Below, one piece after another: positions 42,352 to 56,192 of a DNA stretch of 64,000 nt (positions within the stretch are counted from its first letter, which is position 1; every line of letters starts with the position of its first letter). A program made the position numbers and the translations under genes. The stretch is from Rhizophagus irregularis (taxonomy: Eukaryota), in contig NC_089431.1 of NCBI RefSeq assembly GCF_026210795.1, positions 558,001-622,000 on the forward strand. The letters run 5' to 3'. Below the pieces are notes generated by a model that made no database searches, was not told where the DNA came from, and saw nothing but the letters and a program-made list of their open reading frames with translations.

Positions 42352-44372
42352 CTAAATTCTATAATCAAAACATTCTGAAACTATAAATTAAATAACAAAA
42401 TATTGTTAAAATAAAATATAAATTTATAATTACAAAATACAAGTATTACTAATGATTATACTTACTTAGATTTGTTGATACTGATGGGACATCATCTATT
42501 ATTAAAAAAAAGTTGATATTGTTAAAACTTGAATAAGATTTTTTCATAACTAATTAAAATGGAAAATTTACCTGAATTAACTTGAAATGATGGTACATCT
42601 GAAGAATTTACTGGTTTTGGAAGATTTTTGAAATTTAAAAGTCTACTAGTATAAATTGCTTGTGGATGTGTTTTGAAGTGTTTGGATTTATCTTCATTTG
42701 ATCTATTTTTGAATTTTTCTTTTCTAATTTTATTACATTCTTTTATTTGAAAATATATTTCACTATTTTGACTATTGTCAGCATTTTCACTATCTTTAAC
42801 ATCTTCACTATCTTTAACATCTTCATTATCTTTAATATCTTCATTATCTTTAACATTTTCACTATATTTAACATCTTCACTATATTTAACATCTTCACCA
42901 TCTTCACTATCTTCACTTTCTTCACCATCTTCACCATCTTCACTATCTTCATCATCTCCATCATCTTCACTACTATATTCACTATATTCACTATATTCAC
43001 TATCTTCACTATCTTCAATATCTTTAATCTCATCATTCCATTTCTTTAATAGTTGATACAATTCTTTAGTGGTTGGTCTATTTTTTATTTCAGCATCCCA
43101 ACATTTTATTATTAAATCTGCAAGTAACTTTGGTATGTCTTTAGAAATTGTTGGTCTAAGTCCTTTACAAATTTTAATAGCTAAAAAATCATCATGAGGA
43201 ATATCATTAAAAGGAATTTCTTCAGAAAGAAATTCGTTCATTATTATTCCAAATGAGTAAATATCTGCTGCTTTTGTATATTGGTATCCACGTAAAACTT
43301 CTGGTGCCATATATGGTAATACTCCATAAATTCCTTCTTCTTTAACCTTTTGCTTATTTGCTGGTTGACACATTCCTAAATCACTTATAAATGAAAGAAA
43401 ACCTTTATCACGCAATATATTACCTGAACGAAAATCTTTGTGAACTTTTTCAGCATTATGAATACCTAAAAGTCCTCTTGCAATTTGTTGTAATTGATAA
43501 ATTTTTGATCCATAATTAATATATTCTTCAGAGTTATTCAAATAATTTCTCAAATTTCCATTTTCACAATAACTTAAAACCATCATATACTCTTTATTAT
43601 TTGGATCTTGAGTAATTCCATAACATTGAACAATATTATCAAGATAAATCTGAAGATGAGATTTAATCTAATTATCATCAAAAAGGAAAATTTTTATTAA
43701 TAAATAAATGCAAATAACAATCTTTATATATAAGACAAAGTAAGTTTAAATTACCTCATTTAAAAAATCTGAACATATATCAGAAGAATTATTCAAACTT
43801 TTTAATGCATATTTATTATAATTGTATCTATACCATTTTTGATTTTCAATATCCCAATATTCAATATTTCTTTCAGGCCATTCAGCTGAATAAATCTTTC
43901 CAAAACCACCTTCTGCAATATAAGTGATATTTTGAAATTTTTCAAAAGGTATCCATTCAAGACATTTATAATAATGTACAGCATTAAGTTGTGATTGTTG
44001 TATAAATTCATCAATATCTTTATTTCCACTAGTCCAATTATTAAAGTTATCTTTAAATCTTTTAGCATTACAAGGTTGACACCAACGTTCTCCTGTACCA
44101 GGTTCTTTACATTCTCCACATATTCCATATGCTTGTTTTCTTTTTTCTAAATCTTCTATATGAACTACTCTTTCATCTACATTTTCTGATTTAATAGTAA
44201 AACCAATAGTAGAAATTGTAACATGGCACTTTTAATAGACAAAAAATTATTAATATTTTTAACTACAAAAATTCAATAAAATAATTATAATTATTAAAAA
44301 ACATTAAATTGCTATTACCTGATATTTATCAACATCAGTATCCTCCCATAAATTTTTTGGCTTTTCATCCAT
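42352..44372 (-). CDS. TKL protein kinase (copy B) with acidic repeat insertion
   Basis: ATG 44372 (MDEKPKNLW); same exon structure as copy A. GGFGKIY, ALKSL, HKDFRSGNIL, ISDLG, GVLPYMAPE; stop TAG 42354-42352. Confidence 0.9.
42760..43025 (-). repeat. 9/18-bp coding tandem repeats encoding acidic EDS/EYS/EDVKDS units
   Basis: Arrays of TCTTCACTA / TCTTCACCA / ATATTCACT on the + strand; absent from kinase copy A. Confidence 0.88.
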
Positions 44373-44984
44373 ATTAATTAATTTGAGTTGTGGATTATAA
44401 TTTAATATTAGTTATATAAACAAACTACTACGTTACTCAAAATAAATTCCAGAATTATTATAAGCAAAAGAAAAAAATTATTAATTGAACGAAGTTCAAT
44501 AAATTGCGTACTTTTGTATTACTCATTTTGTATTACTGTTTGTACTACTATTGTATACAAAAATTACTACTTTTGTGACAAAGAAAATTCGTAAGCAGCT
44601 GCTGATCATCATAAAAAGAAAGAGAACTAATCTAACCTGAAATGGTTAAAATGATGGAATGATGGTGAGTACATAAGAGATCTACATCTTGTAAATACTT
44701 AAATACTTAATATGCGAAGTATGTGAAGTAAAATTATTTTTTAAACTTAATTTTTTTTTTGGTAATGTACATCTTTTTTCTGTATTTCAAAAAAATAAAA
44801 ATAGTACCAATCTTACTAATCTTTGATGAGACGTAAAAATTTAAGTATAAAAATTGCTTTACTGAAACCCATGAAATCGTGGCTATGTAGTAGCCATGCT
44901 GCCGCCACTTAACGTAGTAGGCGTATGGCTACTCTATGTTAATTCTAACACAGTTGTATGTATTTAATATAGAAAATATATAGT

Positions 44985-45275
44985 AAATTATAGTCGTAGT
45001 ATAGAAATAGTATTGCTAATACAAAGAAACTATATAAATGTTAGCAAGAATCTGTATAAATGATTTAAAGTAATCGTATGTATGATTTGCATTAAACGTG
45101 TAGTAAATTTATAGAAAATTTGTATTAACTTTATAATAAATATGTAGCAAATTGCAGTAAACATATAGTAAATTCATAGTAGATACAAAATAAATTCATA
45201 GTAAATACAAAATAAATATACAGTAAATTCATAGTAAATACATAATAAATATATAGTAAATTCATAGTAAATGTG
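44985..45275. repeat. Degenerate AT-rich tandem repeats (ATAGTAAATTC / AGTAAATACAAAATAAAT)
   Basis: Repeated AGTAAAT-core units, clearest at 45160-45272. Confidence 0.6.
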
Positions 45276-45329
45276 CATCCTCTGTATACATAAGTCCCAA
45301 AAAATCGTCAAATATGGCACAGCAAAAAT

Positions 45330-47973
45330 GACCTTAATCGCGCTAAGTTCTATAAATGAGACCTGGGAAATAAAGGATGATATCCTAGCTGGCTGACGGA
45401 GATGACCTACCCTTTCATCAAACGGTACTGATCGTAGGAAGATTTGATGCACTAGTTGAAGTTAATAGTGAGTGGATTAGTAATGAATGGCAAATATGAG
45501 GTGTTTAGGAGATAGATGTTAGCGGTGATATATGTACTCTCTATATAGTTGTCTTAATGTTAGAAAAATTTATCATGGGTGAAAAATAACGCCATACCAA
45601 ATAATAAATTGAACCGTGCCGGAACTGTGTGATTGAGGAATCCGGATTGCCAATCAGTTTGCACGTGATGCATTTTCTACGACATTGTGTACGAAGAAAT
45701 AGTAGAGAAGTTAGGAGTAGTACATAAAGTTTCATCCCGCAAACAACGTATATACCAAACGATTCATGCAACGATCACATTTTCAGAAGATTACGATAAA
45801 AGTTTGCGAATGGATCTTTCTTATGTGACAGAAATTGTGGAGCTTTATAGATCTCCTTGAACGTACGAAATGTTCTCAAGCCTCTTAACATAATTCTCTA
45901 ATACTTGCAGAAATACGATATCATCTTCCATTCTTTTCCGAATTTGATTATCTTTGTGAAATCGATGTGTATTTTCTTTCTATCCCTGCATCCATTCCAT
46001 TTCACAATGCCACCTTATTCTTTTTCTGGAGTTAATGTTCATATTAGTTGCTACCGGTCACGTTCTGTCCTATCTTTCACCGTAGACTTCCATCATACAA
46101 TCTAACCAGGACCCCGAACAATATATATATAGGTCAGATAAAAAATTCAAAATTTACTAAGGTCAATAAGCAAATATTTTTCATGTCTGCTAAGCAAACT
46201 TTTATCTAACCCATAAATTTTTTACACTGCTAAGCAACTTATTTTATGACATATATATATTTATATATAATTTTTTTTATAAAATATGTATATAAAAAAA
46301 ACTAAAAAAACAAAAATTTTTGAAATAATGTATGGATAAAGCTATTGTTATTTTTTTGTAATATTACAACTTATAAATGTTTCTTATTAATATTTCGTAT
46401 ATCTGTTCTGTGCCTTCAGAGCGTAATTTAGGCACTTTAGTCAAAGGAAACATCCAAAACCTTCTTAAGTAAAGTTGTTCAGCAGGTTCGAATCTACTTA
46501 TATTTAAATTTTTATCATGATTGAATAGATATTTATGGATTTATTCATGTTTTTTGTAACGCTACCAATACGCGGAATTTTTATTTTTAAAATTTACTGT
46601 AAAATTTGTCAAAAAAAATATTTTTAAAAAATTTTCTAAGTAAAAATGAAATAACTTTTATTGATTATTACAAAAATTATAGTGTAAAATTATAAAAAAA
46701 CAGAAAAACACTTATTTTTTCCTTCCCACCCACCTGTTGCTCTCATTTAAATATATATTTTTTAACTGTTACACAGACGCGTATATGATTTTTGATTTTA
46801 ATATTTTAATGTTACGCGGATGCATATTTGTTTTATCAAAAACACGTTACATGATCACGTCTAAAAATGTTCCCTGTATTATGTATACAATTAACTTATT
46901 CTTTGTATTAAAAATAGTAAATTTTTTTTATACAAATATGTTTATAACTTTGTTTACATATTTTATTAGATTTTTTTAATGTGAAAATGTAAATATATAT
47001 TATATTATATATATATATTAAAAAATTCTATCCTGCTACGCAAATATATATCTGACTATTAATAATTTAATACTCTGCTACGCATAATTATATCTGACTA
47101 TTTAAAAATTATGTTATCAAATAAGCAATAATAAATCTCATATAGGAAAAATTTTTATATGTTGGTTAAGCAAACTCAAAACCTACCTTTATATATATTG
47201 TTCGGGGTCTTATCTAACCCTATATACACAAGATAAAGAGAGAAAAACAAAAGAGGAGGATAAAAACTATGGATCCAAGGGCAACGTCAAGTTCAGCAGA
47301 AGTTAGCTCTAGGACTATTTTTCCGCCAATTACGCCAATCACATCACCAATGAAGATGGACCCAGCCATGCAAAATTCTCCGATGCTGGAAGAAGTAGTG
47401 GAGATTATTAACGAGGTTTGCTGACACAGAATCTACAGAGTACCACTAGATATGGTGATTTATTCTGCAATATCGTACAAAATGGTGAAATTTGGTGAAG
47501 GTGAACGTTTTTACTGAGGTGTCAATGTAATAGAGATAGAATAATGGAATTGTTGATGGAAAAACATACAATAGCGTATGAAAAAAGTATTTTAAACTTA
47601 AGAAAATATTATTCTGTTTTCAAGGGATAACATTCGAATTATGTCATTGAATTCAACAAACTCAACAATGACTCCGAAGCATGGTTGAAGCGCGATGAAG
47701 ACGGAAAGAGAAAAGGATGAATTGAAGTCCAGAAAAAACTAATAATAGATGTAAGTTTCATAAGTTTGCGAAAGGAGATAAGTATTTGTAGGATTCAGGT
47801 AGTTTAATTTATGTACCGAAGTTCAGTTTTGAGAAAAAAGATTCTGGTCTCAAATGTAAATTTACAGTTTGTTTCCTTATATTCCTATTTTTTATATGTT
47901 TTTTTTTGTCTCATTTTATATTTCCAAATCTTGTAAGTGGCCTAGCGGGCTCTGGTCGTTAAAAAAAAAAAAA
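45330..47973 (+). mobile_element. Decayed ORF-bearing element ending in a poly(A) tail (possible retroelement 3' end)
   Basis: Higher-GC, stop-riddled coding-like sequence (e.g. MDPRATSSSAEV... from 47269), then a T-rich tract and GGCTCTGGTCGTT-A13 ending at 47973. Interrupted by the 46108-47211 element. No diagnostic domain recognised. Confidence 0.3.
46108..47211. mobile_element. Non-autonomous DNA transposon (1.1 kb) with an 8-bp TSD
   Basis: TIRs AGGACCCCGAACAATATATATATAGGT and ACCTTTATATATATTGTTCGGGGTCTT; perfect TSD ATCTAACC at 46100-46107 and 47212-47219. Confidence 0.88.
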
Positions 47974-48356
47974 TTTACAAAATGAGAAGTGAAACATTAA
48001 TAACAATCACTGAAAGTAAAATAAATCGAAATAAATCTAAATTAATAAAGAGAAATCATTGGATTATTATTACAGTAATTAATCAGATAAAATTTTTGTT
48101 AATTGGTTTCTTTGTTTGTTTTGAATACTTTGACTTTTCGAACGAATCTGAATTTTGTGAAGATTCCAACTGACGATCAAGGGAGATTCATAAAACGGAA
48201 ATAAATAAAATAAGAAAGAATAAGAGGACGTATTTCTTTTACCTTTAAAAGGATGTTACCTGAAGTAAGAAAAGATAAGAAAAGTAAATTAGGGTATTAA
48301 AGAAATGATAGAAATGAAATGAACAAAAAAAAATATATTATATTACATGAGTATAT

Positions 48357-51300
48357 TTAAATAGCTTTAAAAAAAAAATCATTTCTTAAATAATGCTTAT
48401 TTTCCAAATTATGATTATCCTTGCATCTCGAATTACAATCATGTACAAAATGCACCTTTTGAACATTTTCTACGACCGTTAACGGAAAAATATTGTGATA
48501 AAAATCGTCATGCCGAAGAATATAGATCGGACAACCCAATTTGTCATAAATTTTGTGAGTATCTTCGAACCAATCGACATAAATGAACGGATACAAATAT
48601 CCGTCATTGCTCTTGTGTTTGAAGATAACTCTTATGACTGCGAAACTTTCACCATAATCGGCCACTTGGATCGTTACTATATCGCTTGTGTTCAAATGGC
48701 ACCGATTCTCGGTATTATATATATCTTGAATATAAGAGGCGCCTTCATAAAAATTACATTTCTTGTTGATTAGTGATGCGCGGTATCCGAAACTTTCGTA
48801 TGCAAGAGCTAGGTCAGTTCTAAATGATACTGTATCAATTCTAATATTTGTGTTGCGAACTGACACTGGCTTTCTTAGAATTATATTACGAAACTGACTA
48901 GACTGTGAACAAACTATTAAAAATGTTAGCAAGTAATCATTTTAACTATTTATAATAAATATGTTATTACCTTCTAATTTCTCGTTATCTGCCTCTGAAC
49001 TTTCTATAATAAACCAATCTTTGAATAAGTGACTAAAGTCTTGAGATATATTTATGAATTCAACGCTATGTCATAAGTTTCGAGGGTCGATTCCACCATC
49101 TGCAAGATGCCGAATGGCTTGCAAAGTCATATAATGTTTTACTAAGTCAAATTCAATGTTCTTGCAATTGGTATGCGGGACTTTATTTTTAAGATATGAT
49201 GGACTATCTCCTTCGTTCCAACCGTGGTATTTACAAAAGTCCCAAAAGTTCTTGCATGCTGCAATAAATGACAACTGGCGTGAAGGTTAGGGAGGCCCAC
49301 AAAGTCATCAAATAACTGCATTTGGTATAATTTAGTTAGTAGAATGAAATCAAACGCAAAAAAAGTTATTTTTTAGTTCGAAACCCTGATACAACTCTTG
49401 AGATTTACAACACAATCACTTCTGTGGTCTCACTTTGGGCTGATAATTTCATTTGAAATTTGACGATATCAATATAATTAATTAATATAAACTGTACTTT
49501 ACCTCAACCAAAGCTTCTCGTTCTTTTTTCAAATACCTTTCAAGTTCTATATAGTCATCAATTGTTAATGAAAATTTAAATGCTAACTGAGAGCACTTTG
49601 CTACAATTGCCCAGCATTTAATGATTGTATTAATCACTTGATTGCAATTCAGTTTTGTTCGTCTCTGTAATTTGTCCATTTCTTGTTGCTTCAAACTATT
49701 AGTAGTCAATGATCTATTTAATATAAATGGCATTACCATTCCCAATCGAACACGGTCCGACATCATAAAGCTTTCAAGATGACTAATAGGGTTCGGAAGC
49801 TTTGACCATTGTTTGGGGTATTCAAATGATTTCCATTCTTCAATAAAAATTTGTTCACCTTCTAGAGATAGCATAGCGGTCGTTAATTTAAGTAGTTTTA
49901 ACGTCTTGCCAGCTATTATATGGTAAATATCCTGCGGTGACTGAAGGTGACGTTCCCGTTGAAGCTGATCAAGAATTGGCAAACTGGTTCGCAAACCATA
50001 TTCCTTTGCAATATTATTTTGGTTTTCTAGAGTTGTGGCTGTGAAAATATTTTTGAATTGGATGTTAGTGATGTGATGATAACGGGAAATACTAGCGATA
50101 TCCAATGTAGTGTCTGTTGCATTTTCTTTTGCAAGGCATGTTCTACATCCCCTTATCACACCATATCGTTTTACACTGGTTAGGTCATTGCCTTGAGGAA
50201 GATCTGCATTTACGCATCCAAGACCGGCTACGATCCAACAATCCCTTCCTTGGACATTCATCAAAATTCCTTCTTCCAATTGTTTCATATCTTTAATAAA
50301 AGGACGAATGAAATCTTCAAAGCAACCGCCAAAAGGAACAAAGCCCAAGATGAAATGATTACGAAGATGTTTTCTCATTTCAAATGGCATATTCCCCAGC
50401 TGAATATAAACTCCTCCTAACGAATGATAAGTGTTCCTGTACATTCCAAAATCGTCATAATAGATATCAATAAATATCTTTAAAATTCGGAGATTGTTAT
50501 ACGGTGATGGTGGTGAATTTAGAGCAGAATACTCGCATGGATGCATATAATCTAATGCTACATCCTGTAATTTCCAATGGCCGTTATTTTTGTATAATAT
50601 TTCTTTAATAAAAAGGCCGTTAGTGATAATAGTTGAACCACGAACAATTGTAATATCAACTTTTTCAATGATCTCGTAGGTATTTGCGATAATACTACCC
50701 TCTTCCAAATGCTGATCTATTAGCCACAATTGTGATTCACTTGTAATAGATCGAACATTACTATGAAAATTATTTGGTAATTCATAATAAGTACAAATCC
50801 GTTGTATTTTTATCTGAAGTTCGTCATTAATGGATACTATCGATCGTATTCGTCCAAATCTTCGTTTGCCATTTTCTTTATATATAATAAATTCGTTTGG
50901 ACAATAAATTTCTAAGTACAAAGAAATATAAGATGAATTACAATGTTAACAACATTAATAATAATAGCAATAAATCAAGTAAATCAAAAGTACCTCTATT
51001 GATAGTTATTTTTTCTTGGCCAAACAATGGCGATTCAGCCCAGAGGTCTCCATGCCAATATTCCTTTTTTTCTTCAGCTTCTACACCCGGTCCGAAGTAT
51101 AACTTGTCGTATAGTGACGGATTATTTAATATATTCTGAATGATATCACGGATCGATAAATAGTAACAAAGTTTTGTTCCTTTAGAAGTAGATGGCGTTT
51201 TCTTTGGATTTATTTTAATGGAGCGTGTTCTTATTGGCATCAATGGTAACCGATTTTTCCATTGCCGAAACCTTCTTATATTCTTTACAACGTCTTTTAC

Positions 51301-52306
51301 TTCAAACTTTTGATGTTGTAATATTTCTACCAAATCATTATATGCGTTTGTTGCTATAAATTGATGTAAATTTATTTTAGAGTAGATCGTTAAATAACGT
51401 TCGTTATAGCAAATTTAAATAAACTTACAGATATTGTGTTTTTGTACCCAACAAAACAACAATGCAGAAGTCAAATTTTCAAAGTAGGGTGCAAAACTTC
51501 CATTTATTTTCGACATTTGGTCACTGTCTATTGATGAATCAACTATTTTTTCTTCATACTTTTTTACAAATAGAAAAGGGTCAATATTATTATAAATTAC
51601 TAACAGCATCAGTTACAATAACTAGAGATGGAAAGTTTAATAATAGTTCATTTCGTAAGAACGGAATTGAACTTATTGAGCCGCCCACAACTTCAAATCC
51701 TAGTAAAAGATTACTACTTACATTATCGTTATTATCAATAATATTATCGCTATCATCGTAATAAACATTTTCGTTATTGTTATCATCTTCTTCACCATAG
51801 TTATCATCCTCTTTTTCAATATAGTTATCATTAGTTTCCTCACCATAGTCATCAGCTTCCTCACTATAGTCATCAGCTTCCTCACTATAGTTATCATTGT
51901 CTTCTTCGCCAATGTAGTTATCAGCTTCGCTGTAGTGTTTGCTGTAGTGATCATTGTCTTCTTCGATGCTAACATCATCATCATTGTGGTAATTATCACT
52001 TTCAACCTCCATTTTATCTTGCAATTCAGCTTCACTACCTTCCTTATTATTTGCATTAAAAACCAGTATAAAAAACATTAGAAGTATAATAAGCATAATA
52101 GAATAATATTATCAGAATCATAATGTTGGTCAGAATTTGTTAGCTGTAAAATATAATTTTAGCCATAATTTGCAGATAATATTGACTAAACTTGGACACT
52201 TACACGAACCAAGATGTCTATGTCTTTGAAGAATATTACGTCCAGAAAAGTTTATACTTTCGCGCAAAGAGAATGGCTTAGTTATTGAAAGATGACTTTT
52301 ACGCAT
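48357..52306 (-). pseudogene. CMC (CACTA/Plavaka-like) DDE transposase, multi-exon, disabled
   Basis: Motifs EYWHGDLW, IYYDDFG (D1), VNADLPQG (D2), CRTC, PQDIYH, LPNLH..H, GTKEIVH (E), then a C-terminal FIYVDWF..VHFVHDC..HYLRNDFF region. There is a 1-bp frameshift near 49190 and an in-frame TGA at 49073-49071. Confidence 0.8.
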
Positions 52307-52589
52307 TTTCAATTATACAAAGTTTAAAAAAGAAGTAATTATATGAGGTTTCGCTATATACAACGTTAAATAGTTTATAGTTAACTATCGTTATAATATA
52401 TATATGTATGTTCGAAGAAAACTTTCGTTATTTTTGATTCAATAAAGATAGTCTTGATAATTTTTACATTTGATAGTGAATTTAAATAAAAATAAAATAA
52501 AATAAAAAGAATGTTTTTTTTCGATTTCATAAAAAGATATGAAACTTTTCTAATTTTGATTAATAATATTTTAATTCATACATATATAA

Positions 52590-52930
52590 TTGCGTAAGGG
52601 AGAAGGCCTTATTTAATCAATCAGTAAAACAGTGCTATTACAATAAAAGCATAAAAGTGGGCGTAGCGTAAGGGCGAATTCTTTATTTTAATCAATCAGT
52701 GTTACAATAGAAGCGCAAGGCGAAAAGGCGAAGTAATTAATCAGTGTCACAATAGGAGTGAATGGCAAAAGGCGAAGTAATTAATCAGTGTTACAATAGG
52801 AGTGCAATGGCGAAAAGGAGAAGTAATTAATCAGCATTACGCAAGGGTAAAAAGGTGAAGTAATTAATCAGTATTAGTACAATAGAAGCGTAGGGCGAAG
52901 AATCAATCAATGTGAAAAGGACGAAGGCTT
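52590..52930. repeat. About 45-bp tandem repeats between the divergent transposase and partner gene
   Basis: GTAATTAATCAGTGTTACAATAGGAGTG(C)AATGGCGAAAAGGCGAA-type unit in about 6-7 degenerate copies. Confidence 0.8.
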
Positions 52931-53738
52931 TTTATTAATCATTTTTATTTTGCTCATATCATGAAAAAATTGGAAAATTCTTTCTTGTACATATTATCAA
53001 AGTTTATTGTTAGATTTATATGTATAAAAGTTTAATTGTTGACATATGCACGTCAAAGCTTATTTATTGATATATAGAGTTTAGACTTTAGACTTTTCTT
53101 TATATAAGCTTAAATATACTAAAGTTTAAATTATTCGTTTAAATAAACTTTTTGACCTTTCCTTATAGCTTAAATAGGCTTTTTATATTTTTTCCCATAT
53201 AACTAATAAACTTTATTTTTATCTATCAATAAAAAAAAAAATATTTCAAATTTCGTGACTACAATACTTTTTATTTTAAGAATTTCTTTCGAATATTTAT
53301 TTAAATTTATAATTTAAAAATGACAAGATTGCGAAAATTTCAAAAAAATACTGTGCAAAATGAAACGGAAGCTACGAGTAAGCATTTTTTTAGATATATT
53401 ATAATATTATTGCAATTTTTTATTTATTTTAATATAATCAGGGGGTAGAAAAGATGGCGGTGGACAAGGTCGTGGACGTGGGCGTGGTCGTGGTCATGGT
53501 CATGGAAGTAAAAATCAGTCTATTGAATCTTCCAATGCAGGTAACGATTTTATACGTATTTTTTCTTATTTTGGTGATTTCTCTCATTTTCTAATTTGCT
53601 CTATTTTAACCAGGTGATTGCGTTCGAAGTAACAAAAAATGAGCAATTGAACGTGATATTCAAATCCAAGAATATGAAACCGAAGCTGGCAATGAATTTT
53701 TGAAATTAACTATTATTTTATTAGCAATTTTTCAAATA

Positions 53739-55871
53739 CAGTCGCCTCTGGATATAACGAACCTAATGTTCCAGCAAATTTTGTTCGGTATAGAATGAGT
53801 TCGTTATATGACACCTATACTCTATAACGAACAGTTTGTTATATAAAATTTGACCAATAAAATAACAATCATGTGATTTATATGAATATATTATATTTAT
53901 TATATTACGTACATTTATTCAATTATATTATCATTATTACTATTATTATATTATTAGTTACGAAAATTATTAAGATTAAGTTGTTTAAGGTTTCTCACAA
54001 TAAGTAATTTAATACGCTTATGCAACCCTTTTAAAATTTTTAATTCATCATTCACGTCTCCAAATTCTGACCCCTGTTCATACAAAAATTGTGTAATATT
54101 ATTCACAGCTTTTTCCGCCTCTTTCAGACTAACTTTCTCCATTATAGGCATCAATTCATTCTCTTCCACTACAATTTCTTCTTCTTTATCTGCATTTAAT
54201 ATAGCATCAATTATTTCATCATCAGTAAGCGCACCTTCTGCAATTTCATCTTCAATATTAATATACTCTCGTGCATTAAGATGATCACCTTCTGGAAGAA
54301 AAGCAATTAAGTTTTCAAGCTCTACTTCTTCATCTTCAATGCTAAAAAAAAAATAAATATTAAAATTTATTGTTTATTTAAATTAAAATATTAATATATA
54401 ATACATACGTATTATTATAATCATCAAAGATTGAATCATCTTCAATTTCATCACTTGGTGGTAGAATTCAGGTCTTTTTCCAGCAATTTGAGATTGTTTG
54501 AGCTGATACCATTGACCACGCTTCAGCTGAATTCTGTAGAGCTTCAAAAATATTATAATCAGCAAGCTTTTCAACAAACCCATCTTGTACATTGTCATAT
54601 GCTTCAATTCGATTTTGAATAAAAAGTCGCTTATAATGACATTTAAATGAATGAATTATTCCCGCATCACATGGTTGAAGTGCAGTAGTAGTGTTTGGTG
54701 GAAGAAATTTCACATTAATACTATCTAATTTCTCTTTAGTTTCATCTAAAATAAGATGCACTGGTGCATTATCAACCAAAAGAACAATTTTTCGTCCTTT
54801 TCGTCTCATTTTTTCATTAAGTTTAAGAAGGATTTCGTTAAAGATACTGACTTGCATCCAGGACTTTTTGTTCCAAAAATAATAGACAGGAAGGTTCTTA
54901 TAATTGAGATTTTTCATAGCACGAGGGGTTTTGTGTTTATGAATAAAAGAAAGTGCCATTTTTTCAGTTCCTGTTGCATTTACTGCGCAAAATATAGTAA
55001 CCCGGGATTTTTCTTTTTTATGACCAGATATAGGTCCACGTGCCAGAACTCTGGAAGGTTCCATTTTCCAAAATAGTCCAGTCTCATCAGCGTTCCAAAT
55101 ATCTTCTGGGTTATAAGACTTAAGAAAATCTTGTAAGGCAAGGCGGTCATTTTCTATTGACTCAACTGAAGGTGCACTTGAGGCTTCACCTTGTTTCCTA
55201 AATTGTTGTAACCCATGTCTTTTTTTAAAACCAGTTAACCAACCCTCTGACTGGTGAAAATCTTCTATAGAAAATCTTTCTGCAAAAAATGCCGCTTTGA
55301 CCTTTAAAATATTACCATCAATATCTTGCCTTGTATTTAGAGCATTGTCAACCCAAAGACCAAGTGCTTGTTCAAGTCGTGGCCATTTTGGTCCACGAAA
55401 TTTTTTAATACTCCCTTGGTCTCCTAAAATTGCAAGCCAACGTTCCTTTTCACTTAAAATATCAGTAACTGTTGACTTTCCAATATTATACCTTTGTGCG
55501 AGACTAACATTAGAAAGGTTTGGTTCCCTTTCTTTTATTTCACAAATTTCACATTTTTGTGCTGCAGAAAGTATAGTTCTTTTTCTTGTAGTTGACATTT
55601 AACGTTAAAACAAATAGATAATCATGATAATCAATGAAAAAAGAGATGATCGATCATATAAATATGATCAGATCACGTGATGTTCGGTATAACAAATATA
55701 CGGCTAATATATCAGGGCTAGTCATTATAAGTTCGGATGCGGTATAAAGGATTTTATTATAAAAGTTCGGTATATCCAGTGTAAATAATTATAAAAAATC
55801 GGTTCTGTAAACTTAGGTTCGGTATAACGAGAGTTCGGTACATAGAGGTTCGTTATATCCAGAGGCGACTG
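53739..55871 (-). mobile_element. Full-length pogo/Tigger (Tc1/mariner superfamily) DNA transposon
   Basis: Perfect 26-bp TIRs CAGTCGCCTCTGGATATAACGAACCT; TA duplication at 53737-53738 and 55872-55873; encodes a transposase. Confidence 0.95.
53954..55598 (-). CDS. pogo/Tigger transposase (CENP-B-type HTH plus DDE_1) with a premature stop
   Basis: HTH region, SEGWLTGFKKRH, NADETG, LVDNAPVH, QPCDAG. The CWKKT*ILP stop at 54470-54468 falls where G is expected. Intron 54408-54342, then an acidic exon with LTDDEIIDAI ending at 53954. Confidence 0.9.
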
Positions 55872-56192
55872 TACTGGTTTAATGTATATCATAATTAGGT
55901 CGTAGTGAAGTACACGAAGCACAATCATCGAAATCAAGTCTTAATGTTATTACTATTTCCGAAGATGAACCAGAATCAGCGCTCTATGATGATGCACCCG
56001 ATGATTTTAGTGTTTCAGAACAACCGCAACTCAAGGACAAGCCTTTTAAATTAGATTGTAGCGCAATCATTGATAACTCCACGAAGATTTATAAAGACAG
56101 TCGTAAAATAGAAGTAAGTCGATTGACAAATAAAAAACGGGTTTTACCTACAAGTTCTAAAAATAAATGCCAATGATGTCAGAACAACATCA

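Noticed and set aside
42743..43056. Three low-complexity ORFs in alternative frames
   Set aside because: They are shadows of the acidic repeat within kinase copy B.
43802..44128. 108-aa minus-strand ORF
   Set aside because: It is an off-frame reading of kinase copy B exon 2.
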